The notes under the pieces were generated by a model. The model searched no databases, was not told the origin of the DNA, and saw only the letters and a program-made list of their open reading frames with translations. 64,000 bases of DNA. Source: Spirogloea muscicola (taxonomy: Eukaryota). Positions 15,740 to 28,259 of the stretch are shown one piece after another (positions within the stretch are counted from its first letter, which is position 1; each line of letters begins with the position of its first letter). Where the stretch lies: contig WELB01000002.1 of assembly GCA_009602725.1 (NCBI GenBank), positions 1,322,296-1,386,295 of the forward strand. Direction: 5' to 3'. The position numbers were made by a program, and so were the translations under genes.

Positions 15740-18110
15740 CTCCGGCCCCTATCCTCAATGGGCGAGCCCTTTCCTTCTGCTTTCGTCGGGGGGATAGTTT
15801 TCCGGCAGGTAGTCTGTCGGATCTGCGGCTCCTCACTCGTCACTACTGAGTGATCCCTGGCTCTGCCAGCCACTCTTCTCTATGGGCGAGTACATTCGTG
15901 ATCCATCCTCCCCCTGTGCATCTTCAGGCCCCTCTGTAGCTGCTAAACGCTTGTCGGCCCCTCCGAACCCTTGTCAACTCTTTTGGGGCTGGCTTATCAC
16001 AGCCCTTGCCCCCATTTGGAGTGCCACTTCGGACCTTGTTCGTGCTTTTCAATCAGATCTTCACAGCCCTCGCCCCATTTCTTTGGATCACCATACTCTT
16101 TCTACTCAGAAAATATTGGTGGTCACGTATCAAGCTGGCGTCGCCGTGACTCGGCTTTGCTAGCCCCTCTTTCTCTATGGGCGAGCCACTCCTCTCTGCC
16201 ACTCTTCTCTATGGGCGAGCACATTCTCTTCCGTGAAGCGTGAGAGAAAGACCGCTGCCACTGACGCGCGCTGAAGCCGACCAGCCAGCCGCCGCCCGAC
16301 TCGTCTGCGGCCCGACGCCCGCCGCCTCGCGACGAGGCGCGTCCCGAGAAGGCCCTGCGGGCGGGCAGCTGGGCCCGGCCCCCTGGCCCGCCTCCCAAAC
16401 TCCCTGGCCCTGCTGCCGCCGCGGGCCGCCCCCACCACCTCGGCCGTTGCCTCACGATTGTTCCTTCTTTTTCGGCTGGCTGTCACATCCCTTGCCCCCT
16501 TGTTCATTCTCTTTTGGGCTCTCTCTCTCTCTTTTGGGCTGGCTTTTCCAGCCCCATATCCTCAATGGGCGAGCACTCTCTTCTTTCTTTGTTCTCATCC
16601 CTTGCCCCCTTCCACTTCCTGGCTCACGCAGTCCACGCGCGAGTCCACTCGCGAGCTGGCCGCGCTATGGCTTCTGCATCTGGGTCTAGGCGGAATGCCT
16701 CTTTCCCAGCGGCGACTTACTCGGACTTGCTGCTGCTCACCCGAGGGTACTAAGCTTCCCTCTGCGACGTCTCGCGTCTAGCTGTGTAGCATTCCTATTG
16801 CGCACCTGCTTTGGCTCTTTGGATTCCCGTACTCTTTTGGGCCTGCCTTTGCCAGCCCCTCTTCTCTATGGGCGAGCCATTTCTTGGGGGGTAGCCATTT
16901 CTCACAAGCCCGCCGTCACTGAGCTGGTCGGCTCAGCAAGGTGACCTACATTAGAAACAGTACTTCCAATGCATGGCAAAATGGCTGTGAGAGAAGTGGC
17001 TCTCCCACTGGGGGCAAGGGCTAAGGCTGTGAGAGGCCAGCCCAGAACAGTGTACAAGGTCTGCAAGGGCCGGAGGGGGCATTAAGCAGGATTCTCCATT
17101 ACTTCTGCAAGTGGGCGCTCAACACCCTTTAGTTAGCAAGTGCAGATCAAAGTAAGTAGGAGGATATGTAGCTGTAGAGAAGTAGCTCTTCCAGAAGAGT
17201 GGACAAGAGGAGGAAAGGCACTTCCGGTAGAGGGCGATGGCTGGGTTTGGCCAGCCCAGAAAAAGAACGAATGTAGCTCGGAGGGGCCAAGGTCCCAAGG
17301 GCCGGATGGCGCTAACACCAGACAGCTTTTGAAGGGACTACAGCGAATGGGAGCTTAGTAAGCCCGAGCAGCAGCCGCAAGTCGGAGTGACTTGCTGCTT
17401 CTCCAAAGAGAGAAAGAATCTTCCAGGAGAGGGCTGTGGCTGGGCCGGGAGAGGCCAGCCCAGAGGAATGAATGAACGAAGTACGAAGGGGCCAGCCCTC
17501 GCCTCCTTTGGGAGGCGAGGGCTGTACATCTGTAGCTGTGTTTGCCTTTGCGACCCGGGCCCTCCATTGCTCAACACACACTTCTTTACAAGCCTCTCTC
17601 TCCTCCCGCTTCCCTGGTATCCACGCTTTCCAGCTTCTTTGGACCTTGTTTATTCTTTGTGGGCTAGCTATGGTTGCCTTGCCATCTCTATGCAGCGTTC
17701 CTTGGCGTTTGGCGTGCATTTGTGGACAGGCCGCTCCTTAGTTGCTGTGTCCGGGTTTCAAAACGGCAGATCTCAAGCGCCTTCTAGCTGTACTCCGGTC
17801 TGCATTTGGTGACGAGGTTCTCGAGTGTCCATGCGCAAAAGTCATGGAGAATGGTCTCGTGCTTGAGTCTCCCGGCCCTTTGCGGGCCATGTCTATGCCC
17901 TTTGGGAAGAGCTTACTTTTTCTGGGCGGGCTCTCACAGCCATCGCCTGTTACAATCAAACAGTTATGTCTTTCACAGCCCTTGCTCCCTTAGAAAGAGA
18001 TGTTTTTCTCCTCTGCCCTTCCCTCCTCTGTATGCACCTAGCTGGCTTTTACAGCCGCTCTCTTTCTATCAGCAGCAGCAGCCGCATTCATTTCCTCCCT
18101 ACTCCCCGCC
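15740..18110. mobile_element. Cluster of truncated 3' ends of the CRE-like retrotransposon, both orientations
   Basis: ORF-end peptides FRRGDSFPAGSLSDLRLLTRHY* (~15780-15849), RAGRAMASASG...SDLLLLTRGY* (~16650-16753), LAISMQRSLAFGVHLWTGRSL (~17680); repeated gggctggc..cagccc and ctctatgggcgagcc modules. Confidence 0.75.
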
Positions 18111-18519
18111 CACCCCCTTGTGAACGAGGCGCCAGTCTTTCATGTTGGGCTCCTGTTAGGCTCTCACCATTTGCGCTGCTGAAGGCTGAAGCCGATTCAG
18201 GCAGCCCCCAAGAGAAGGACTAGCTGTCGAAGCTGACTCGCCGCAGACCCTGCAGTACCTTACAGCCTCTTCAGATACGCTGGTCGCCCTCTCATAGCCA
18301 AGTGAACAATCAAAAGGCAGCTGAGCTCTTGCACTTCTCACGAAAGCCAAAGCTAGCCCCTCTTTCCCTTGGTCGAGAAGGCTCCTCTAGACGGCACAAG
18401 CAATCCAAGGGACATGTATCTTGAATCGGCCAAGGTTGTAAGTTACTGAATGAACAATAGCAGCCAGTGCTGGGGAGCACAGCATTGTGAATCAGCAAGA
18501 GCAAGGGCTGAGAGCGTCC

Positions 18520-21500
18520 TCACATCATGAGCAAGGCGGCAGCAATACAAGAAAGAGCTCCAATGGCTGTGACCGAGGCCTGTATATTGCCAGCCTTACT
18601 CACGGGAGGAGGTGCTGGGGGGCTGGCTGGGGGACTGGCTGATGGAGCAATAGATGGAGGGGGAGAGGTTGGAGGAGGTATGGAGCTGCCTGTGGGACTC
18701 GGCGATGGAGCTTGAGCAGGGGCAGCGGCTGGAGCCGTGACGCTGGGAGGTGGTGGGGAGAGCACTGCCTGACCAGGAATCGTTGCCAGGATCATGCCGG
18801 GGACGATCTGGGTGAAGTTGGACGGCTGCGAAGAATTCTTGCTCTTTCCGTAGCATCGATTGGCTGCAAGGTGTGAAAACATGCAGCAGCCAACGTAAGG
18901 ACATGAAAGCCAGCGTGTGGATCAAGTATGTCCAATCAACAGGTATGCTGATTGGACAGACCACCTACTCCATGGTGCACGGGGGTTGGAGAACTCGAGG
19001 CATCTGAGCAGCAGCCAAAGGCAGCAAGGAGCATGCTGATAGAAGCATCAGCTGAAGTTGAGTCGTCTTGATCCTGGTCATGCTCTATCTGCTGCTTCAA
19101 CAATGAGCATAAGGCCAAGGACGTTGCAGAGTCTGCGTTTCTGCTGCCCCAATGTAACCTTGACATTAGCAACATATCTTGCTGCAAAACATCTTTCTGA
19201 AGATGGGAGGCTTTGCAGTTCTCACAAAAGTAGCCAGCCGCTGTAAGAGGGAACTCAGTGACCAGGCCATCCAAGCCCAGGTCGGTGTAGAACAGCTGCA
19301 GCTCCCAAGTGGGGTCAAACTGGTAGTCAAATGGCAGAACAAGAGCATCATTCCGGAACGCGTATGCATACACCGACAGTCCCAGGGCTTTCGCTCCAGC
19401 GATCGTCGAAGTCCTGCCATAAGGCAACGCGTATTGACGAGCATAAGGCCTCATCATTCCACTCCTGTGCCAAGCGAACCCATCATGTTCCAGCAGGAGA
19501 ATGCGGCAGCACCCACCCACTACCGCAACTCCAGATGAGCAGCTACTAATGGGTAGTGCCCTACAGTACCATAGCTTCTCCCGTGAACCCACGGGCAGAC
19601 AAACGGCAGGTAGAGCAGACACAGAACTTACTTGGCCCTACGCAAGAAGTAGTAGTCCGGACTGGTGCTGTTGCTCAAGTCGTAGTCAACGATGAGATTC
19701 TTGTACACCACGATTCCAGAGGCATATGTACTTATTGTCCTCAGGCCTGCAGGACTGCAGTGCTCAAAGTGGACTCACAGTGAGCTCTCAGAAGCAGTAT
19801 CCTCAAGTGAGCAGCAAGAAGTCAATCATGCACTCATGCCCACATGGATGACGGCTGCATACTGCTCATTTTCAGCTGGCTAAGCACGTTAATGTGCACT
19901 AGCTGAGCCACACGTCGTGTTCTGGCACTAGAAGCTGAGCTACAGATCAATGTTCCTGCCAGCACGTTCCTGCGCTACCAGATGGGATTCAGCTGACCTC
20001 TGGTAATAATCTGAGGTGTAATTATTTGGTGTGCTGTAGTCAGGCATGATGTCATCTATTCGCTGTAGCAGCTTTGCAGCTACCTTGCCCTTCAGCTCTC
20101 TCAATATCGTTTGCTCAAGGGAGAAGATCGAGACGAGTGTGGACTGCGTCAGGTTGTTGGCCGCCAGCACGCTCAGAAGGGCGTCCACCATTGACAGGTT
20201 CCGTGAGGCCACAAAGGTGGCATACTGCAGCCCAGATCAAGACCATGAGTTTGATTGCTGTCACCTCCCTTCTGTAGTGACTTACAGATTAGCACAGTTG
20301 CTCTACAAGCAATACCAAAACCGCTTGGCTTTCAGGCCAGCTGCTATAGTGAGCACCAAAGGCTGGCCGTCCTGCTGCGACATCCTCAGCAGCACCTGGG
20401 GCTCGAGAAGGAAGCCAACTGGCCGCCCAGCGCCGTTGCGAGGGTCTAGGATGAAGCCCAGGAAGTCCGTCAGCTTCAAGGGCGAATTTGCAAAGTCGTA
20501 CGCCATGTTCCTGTCGAAGCTAGACTGCACCGCTGGCACTCGCAGGAGCCGCGGCCAACAACAGGGACTGGGTTAGGCAGCGAAAGAGTGCAGAGGCTTA
20601 CTAAACAACAACACATCATCTCAGCCTAACGTACTAAGCACTCGGTCAAAATAGCTCACTTAACTGCAGAAATCATGTGAGGTCGCTTGCGTGTCACAGC
20701 TTGAGGCTGCTCACCAGTCAGGTTGTCAATGATGGCAGAGGGGAGATCGAATGTGAAGATGCCAGGCGAGCCCTCCTCTACGGTTGGGTACGACTGGGTC
20801 TTCAAGTTGGGAAACTGCGAGAGTATGTTGGTGGAGTACGTCAGGTCCACATTCTCCCGGCAGTAGAGCACACTGTCGCTGCTGATTTGCACCTGGCACA
20901 GGAGCACGTCCACGCCCTCGTTCACTGCACGACAACGGATCCGCACAGAAGCGAGTGGCCATCAAGTGATGCCCAGCCTGCTGCAAGTGCCACGGCACGG
21001 GCCAACAAATGAGTCAGTGTTGTCTTGCAGCTCCTGTGGGAGCCATGAATAGAGGCATCAGCAGCTGGTGCAATCTAGGAGTTGAGTGCCCACCTGCTTC
21101 TGTGTATGACATGACAGTCTGTGCAGGGTAGACGCCGCTGGCATCACCAATGATGAGGGGCCGTGTGGTCGGCAGGCCTGCCGAACATCAGTACCACCAC
21201 ACCATCCCGGAGGTCAGTCGCCAAGCTCGCTCAAGGGCCAGTGCAAGCTCACAATACGCATCCCAACCCCTTGACCGAGCGTCTGCGGAGCATTACAATG
21301 GCAGCTCGGGCACGCGTGGACCGCCGCTGCCGACCTTGGGGACTGCTGACGTTGTAAGACGCCGGGTAGCAATCGAGCGTCTCGACCGCAGTTGCAGGCG
21401 AGTCAGTGAGGAAGCCGTCTGCTGCCGCGACGGGGTCGGTGGCAAAGAAGGTGTACTCGTTGATAGGGTCGCCCGCGTACGCCCAAAGCAGGTTAGAGTC

Positions 21501-23529
21501 GTCATTGGCGAAGTTCGCAACGAAGAGTGTCAGGTTGGCGGCGTGCGCATCGGCCACGACCGTCGTCTGCTGCCCGGGGCTGCGCCCGTCCGGCCCGGTC
21601 TGCGGCTGCACCGCCGTCTTGGGCACGGCGAGACCCGATGCAAAGGCCGCCACGGTTGCTAAGCCGCGCTTAGGGTCGAGGAAGTAACTGCAGGCACGGG
21701 CGCGGCCGAGCCACACACTGTTTCAGTGATAGGCAGATGCCAATTGCAGAACTCCTATAATAAGTAATATCTTCATTGAATAGATCAGTCCGATATTTCC
21801 TTAGATCCTCAACACAGACATCGTTGCCGCTGCATTTCCTGCAAACTCAACTTTCTCCTGACAACCCACAAATGACTGCAAGGGCAGAAGCGGAGGGATT
21901 GCAGGTGTGGTGGACCTGTACGGCCGCTTGGTCGAGAACTCGGTGGCATTGACGGCGGGCACAGTGAGCACGAGCCGCACGCCTGTCACGTTGCGCAGCG
22001 CCTGCAGCGTGCTCACATCCGACGCTGGCGCCACGCGACACGCACAGCCCCGCTGCCGCCATCAGCCGCAGCGGTGCCAAGGGGGCAGTGCCACAAACAA
22101 TGGCATGCGCGGCGAACTCAGAGCAGCTTTTCAGGATAACGGCGTCAGGGGACTGGGACGCAGGCAGGGTACTCACAGGCAACAATGATGGGGTCGCTGA
22201 CCATCGACAGGCCGTTGGCTGCCAGGAACGCCGTCACCACGGCAGTCACGCTCAGGTTGTGGGCCGCAAAGAACGACGGCGCCTGCGCTTGCCGAATCGG
22301 ATCGCGCGCTCGGGCACGAGTGAGTGTCACGGCGCGCTTCCCTTGCCATCGTCAGCGGCCTTCAGAGCCCATCGCCATGCCATCGCAACGCCAAGAAAAG
22401 GGGGGGGAGGGGGAGCGGCGGCAGGACTGACGAGCAGCTCGAGGTACAGGCCCGCCGACGGATAACCGCGGACCAGGCGCCACGCCTGGTCCAGCCTCAC
22501 GACCGGGTACACGTAGTTCCACGCCGTCGTGCGGGCCAGCTGGTTGGTCTGCGCCACTGCACCGCCGCCAGCAGCAGAGCCGGCCCAGCCGGGCCCGCTG
22601 CGCACGCTCAGGCATCCCTCGAGGCCGACCGCTGCAGCGGCGCTGGACGCCTTACTGCCAGACAACGAGCGAGCCAACAGGACAAATGGAATAATTGGGA
22701 CGACGACCAGACCGAGCGCTCACCTCGGAGCTGCTTGACCTGCTTGAGGGTGAGGTCGACGGAGTACTGGTCCTTGATGGCCACACCCTCGACGTCGTAC
22801 GTCGTGAACGTGTGCCGCAGCTGCTTGATCAGCCCGACGTTGGTCGAGTTCTGCAGCGGGACGGCGGGCCGGCAGATGGCCACGCCGTCGCGCGTGAGCA
22901 GCACGCCGCACGTCACGAAGCCGGCGCCGCCGGCCAGCGCCGCGTCGTACGCCGCCGTCGACATGTCCGGGTACAGGATCGACGCGCCGCCGCGGGCGAT
23001 CACCAGCGGCCGGCCGCCTGCAACAGATGGCACCACTGCCGCGCTGAGACTGCCGGCACTCGGCGGGCGGCCAGCGTGAGCTGACGAACGCCGTGAGGTC
23101 CGTGGGCCAGGGTGCCAGGCCAGAGCGTGGGCCGACCGAGCAAGCCCATCGCCAAAGCCGCAGGCAATGCTGAGAAGAATGCGGCTGCTGATGTGGATAG
23201 AGCGGCCGTGAAAGCCAGCCAGGTGCATACACCTGGCTGTGTTCATGACCACAGTGGCGGAGCCACAGGCTAGGCAGACAGGGCGCTCTCGGTTACCCCG
23301 TGTGAGCAGTAGTGCAGTCAGATGAGCTGGGGGGAGGGAGAGCATCGCCGCTGCGCAAGCCAGAGGCTGCGGCAAGGGCGGCGGGGAGGAGCCGGGGGTG
23401 GGGCGGACCGTCGAGGGTGTTGAACGGCTGGCCGGCCGCTGCGGCGGCGAGCGCGGCCAGCACCGCCAGGTGTAGGAGCGACGGCGGCTTCGGAGGCTGC
23501 CGCCGCCGCCGCCGCCGGCCGGCGGCCAT
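18520..23529 (-). CDS. Glycerophosphodiester phosphodiesterase-like protein (GDPDL/SHV3 type, two GDPD-like domains), predicted GPI anchor
   Basis: Signal peptide then FNTLDGGRPLVIARGG...YPD; V.LTRDGVAIC...LQNSTNV; first domain ends AADGFLTDSP; second domain VQISSDSVLYCRENVDL..STNI...GIFTFDL, YAFRNDALVLPFDYQFDP, LDGLVTEFPLTA; Pro-rich linker and hydrophobic C-terminal tail. Confidence 0.9.
23170..23345 (-). mobile_element. 3'-end fragment of CRE-like element (second 3'UTR variant) inside GDPDL intron 1
   Basis: Collinear with 61245-61400 (ctcatctgac...ctgctcacacggggt...catgaacac...ggctggctttcac.gccgctct); lies within the intron at ~23019-23408. Confidence 0.7.
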
Positions 23530-23773
23530 GGTGCAGACTATGAAGCTGCGCGTCTGCTCTCTGCGGAGCGGCACAGCCGGCGGCGGCGGAGCGGACGGCA
23601 GGGCCCGCCTAAGCCCGCCGGCGGTCGTCGAGGGCGGCTTGCCGGGGAAGGGGGGGGAAGGTCCTGCAAGGTTGTTGCGTGGGAAGGGAATGCAAGGGCG
23701 CCCGGAGGGGAGAGAGGGGGGGGGGGGGNNNNNNNNNNNNNNNNNNNNNNNNNNNNNNNNNNNNNNNNNNNNN

Positions 23774-23889
<116 letters not shown>

Positions 23890-23927
23890 TGGGGGGGAGG
23901 TGGGCGGGCTGGCCCGGCCCCTTCGAA

Positions 23928-23990
23928 TGTGCTTACCTCTGTACTTGGCCATACTGGCCTTCGATTGTTTCAAATACACGAAATTTTCTT
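23928..23990 (+). repeat. Dispersed module tgtgcttg/acct.tgtacttggcca...tttcaaatacacg associated with the same repeat clusters
   Basis: Also at ~28435-28490 (-), ~29038-29150 (+), ~31695-31725 (-), ~35725-35760 (-). Confidence 0.7.
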
Positions 23991-24788
23991 CGAACGGCCC
24001 CCGGGGGGGGATGGGGTCAACGGCGCGGCGCCGGGCGGCCGCTGGGCGGGGGGGTGTGGGGGGTGTGCGACCCGCCGCCCGAGGCAGGCCCCATTCCGTC
24101 ATCTAATACAGCTCCGCTATCATAATAGCGAAAGACCTTTCTAGCTGTCACAGATGCGCGACCATTGATAGCCACACGTGGGGAGGGAGAGAGCGCCCCG
24201 GCTTGCTGTCCTCTGCGGCAACCCGGCCGGCCCCTCCCCGCGGCCGCCGCCCACCCTCACTCCTCCTGCGGCCCGCAGAGGACGCGATTTCTCAGCATGG
24301 CGTTGACCCGGCGGAGAACGCCACGGACTAGCTCTCGACTCTCGTTAACGTCGGGGCTGGCATCGGTGCCACTGGCGCCTGAAGGACGTGGAAGAAAGTG
24401 TCTTTCAGAAGGGGGCTGGGTAAAGCCAGCTAAACCCAAGAAAGAACATGGGACGTGGGCGCCCAGTGGTAGTTCTCGCACCACCTACAGAGTACATAAG
24501 GGCCTCTACTGATACTGGTACACAGTTAGCAAGCAAGCTGTGATCAGAGCTGCACGTTTCGTAGTGCCCAAGTCAATGGCAACAGCGCAGCCTGCACTGC
24601 CTGAGGCCTGATGCCATACAGGGGAGCTTCCGGCCTGCACTTGCTTCAGCGGTGCCAAAACCTCCATGCGGCGGCCTCGGCGAGCCTCCGACTCATGCTG
24701 TATGCCTCTGGCGCAGCACACTAACATGTGCAGCGCAGGGGAGAGCGGCGTGGCTAACGGCTGGCGCTGAGGCCCAAGGGCGCGCGAC

Positions 24789-27700
24789 CTAATAGCCTAC
24801 GGTGGCCTTGATGGCATGAAGGACCTGCATGAAACAGCAGGGGCACAGTGAGGGACGAGACTGCAGCCGTCACACAGTTGGTCACACTGCGCAGGCTGTA
24901 CAGCGCAGAGGAGCTTCAGATCCAATTATGTGCTGGAATTTCACATAAGCTGCGACGCAGGACCATTGGCGCCTGCTGTCCCAAAGCAACACCCGGCACT
25001 TCGAGCAAACCTTATGCTCATTGGGAAGGTAGAACGGCTCAAAAACGAGGGGGAACGGCGTGTCTGCACCACATACTCGCGCCACCGGCGCCTCAAGCTG
25101 TCAGCCAGACAAGACCACGCCGGCATTAGCCGTGCTGCTGTAGTCACTGGAGTGCAGATCGAGAATCTCTTCTCGACTTCATAGCGCCTGGCAATGGCCG
25201 GCTTGAAAGATTGACAGATATCACTGTGCATATAAACCACCAAAAAGACGAGCTCTCTTGGGGTCCACTTCTTGCAGCTCACTCTCAGGAAGCAGCGCTC
25301 AGCGATGCTTGCTGCCACCTCTGCGCCGAAGCCTCCAGTCACAGGAGCCTCATGGCTGACCTGAGATACAGGAGGAATAACCTTAATGGCAATATAAGTA
25401 GCCTTTGCTACCGTCCTGGTAAGGGTTAGCTCAGCTGGGCTCTCCACCATGAGAAAGAGGCCACGAGTGCACTGCAATTTTCCACTATTTTGCGACCCAG
25501 CGCTCCACGCAATATCCGGACTCCCTCTGCGTCTGCCCCGCACAAGCGCTCAGCTCCTTGATGACGCCCTCACCAGGAGGCGCCCAGTCTTGCTGACAGA
25601 TTCCTCCACGGATTGCCGGTCCCATGGCAAGAGAGTGCGGAGGTCTAGCAGCTCGCAGGAGATGCCCTCCTGTGACAGGGGCGTGCAGAGAATGACTAAG
25701 TGTTTGTAGGGCATGTGCTTACCAGCACCGGCGGCAGGACCAGCACCTTTTATCGAGCACACCGACCGATGGAACCTTGCCAATATCTCCTACCTTTGCC
25801 CCGAGCCTGCCAGCAAGCAAAGGGGAACGGCAGTAGCTGCAGGAGCACAAGGGGAGCTCACATCACTTGCTGCTGTGCACGCCCTCTCCATTGGGCCCAG
25901 CTGCGCTCCCCACCCGACCAATGTAATGTCCGTCCCCTCCCGCATGACCTGGACGAATTTGGCAGATGATCAATCAGCATGCTTCTTGCCCGCTGCTAGT
26001 CCAACATACAATTTTGCCTCCTGATCTGTGATTGCAGGCCACATAAACGAGGGGGTGATTGCACAATGGAGGCAGAGGCCCCAGCGAAGATTCTGCAGGG
26101 AGCTACAAGTGCATGGAGCGAGAAGGGAGACCTCAGCCTGGCTGAGCGGCAGGCTGTAGTCGTCCACAGGCACCTCCTCCACAGCCATGCGGTACAGGGA
26201 CTGCAGGAGCAACATGTGCCGGAGGCGCGCCAGACTCATTGAGGTTTTCACTTCCGATGCCTTTTTATGAAACTGGCATTCAATCGGCTTGGCCTCCCTT
26301 TCATGTCATGGCACACTGCGCCTTCTGAAAATCTGACATGTTCGACGGAATACGGCAAGAAGACACAGTGCAGAGCCTTGGCCACCGCATGCGTGGTACA
26401 CTTTCTGAGACGCTCCTCTCCAGGCAGCTCGCTCACGCCCAGCCGCAGGGCTGCTGCTCTATAACATGACCCTCTCATATTGACCAACCTCGCTGGTGGT
26501 CAGGCCTGGAAATCCTGCGCTGCATCTCACGTCGGCAGCTACTCGATGGCTGCACAGTGTGAAGCCATCCTCCGATGAGGATGTCGGAGGGAAGCCGCCG
26601 CGTGGCCAGGACTCACCTTGGGCTCCAGGAAGATGACGGGGTTGGGGTCGCGAATGGACGCCAGCAGCAAGCCTTTGGCCTGCGCAGGGCTGCGCGGAAC
26701 AACGACCTGCACATCAGGTAATTGCACTTGTAACCTTGAAATTGGGCTCAGAGTTAGCCTCACTATCGCTCGTTCAAGCTGCACTCGAGCCTCATATCCA
26801 CATTGCTAAGGGGAGCATCGTTATGATAGCCCCTTGAGGAGCTCTCTACCAGCGCAGCACGTCCCGATGCAGAAGTGGCCCTCACCTTGATGCCTGGAAC
26901 GTGGATGAAGAAGGCCTCGGGCGACTGCGAGTGGTAGTGACCACCGTGGCCAACCGCCCCATATGGTGCACGCACCGTCAGCCCTGCGGGCGCGCGAGCG
27001 TCTCAGTCCTCCTTAGCTGTGTCTGCCAAGTGGATAGGGCGACGTCGCCAAGCGCCGAGCCCCGCCCACGCTCACCGCCGCAATTGAATTCGCCGCCGCT
27101 GCGGTACCGGTACTTGGCCGCCTCATTGACGATCTGCAGGCGCCGCCGCAGCAGCAGCGTAGGGCACGACAGCAATTGAGGTTGGCGCAATTGCTCAATA
27201 GCCGCAGCAGAGCCACTGCCGCATTGACTGCAAGAAGCAGCGGGCCGAGTGATTGCCTCAAGGTGCAACCCCGCCGCAACGTCCTGTACGGACCTGGTCA
27301 AAGGCCGGGTGCATGTAGTCCGCAAACTGGATTTCGGCAATCGCTCGGTTGTTCTGGACGCATCAAGACGTCAAGCTGCGAGGCACGTCACGGCTTCGGT
27401 TGAGCAGCCATTGGTACATGAACAACCTTCCCGGCTAAGCTAAGAACTTCAGATTGATTGTCCTAATTAATCTCACTCCTCAGAAAACAATATCCGCTAC
27501 CGATGCACAGTTCTGAGACGGTGATATGGATAACGGGAGCATGGCCAAAGCTCAGCCAGGCACGCCCATGACGACGAGCTAGTTCGCTCACCATGGCGGC
27601 CAAGCCTATGCCAAAGCCGATGATGCCCTGCAGCAGCGACGGCAAGCGCCAGGAGGTGGTCCGTGAGCAACCGTGGCTGCTCCATTGTCATCGGCAGCAA

Positions 27701-28190
27701 TACCAGAGGCTCGAGATTTGCCCCTCAACTGCAGCGGCGCCAGCGGAAGTCGCAAGCTGCCGGCCCAGTCCGTCATGCCTGCTCACAGAGGGGCGTGTTG
27801 AAGACGCGGGCGCCGCCAAAGCGCTCGGCGAGGCCGATGGTGCAGCGGAAGACGCCGCCGAAGCTCACATCCTCGCCGAACACGAACGCCCTGCAGAGCC
27901 GCGCCCGCCGCTTCCCCGAGCTCAACAATTGGGCATGGAAATGGCGGCGAGGAGCGGCGCTGAGTATCAAATCATTTCTCTTCCTATTTAGCTTCAGCGC
28001 AAGCCAACCTGGGGTCCGAGTCGAGCGCGGTGCTCAGGGCGTCGTTGACGGCCGTGAAGAGGTTCATGCGCCGCGTCGGGGCCCTCCCCGGCTCCGCCGC
28101 CGCAGCCGCCGCCGCCGCCTCCGACGAGGCACCGCCGTGGAGGCGCCGGCCGCGCGCCGCGCAGGGCCGCCCGCCGGCGAGCGCCGCCAT
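24789..28190 (-). CDS. BCKDHB: Branched-chain alpha-keto acid dehydrogenase E1 beta subunit, mitochondrial
   Basis: [140 protein letters not shown]; last exon [11 protein letters not shown]. Confidence 0.96.
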
Positions 28191-28259
28191 GGCGCCCCCG
28201 GCTCGCGGCTAGGCGAGGAGAAGCTGGCCTGCAGTGGGAGATGTATAAGGAAAGGGAAG

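Noticed and set aside
16160..16232. Short repeated ctctatgggcgagc units as a CRISPR-like array
   Set aside because: Only 2-3 irregular units, no unique spacers, eukaryotic context; part of the TE 3' module.
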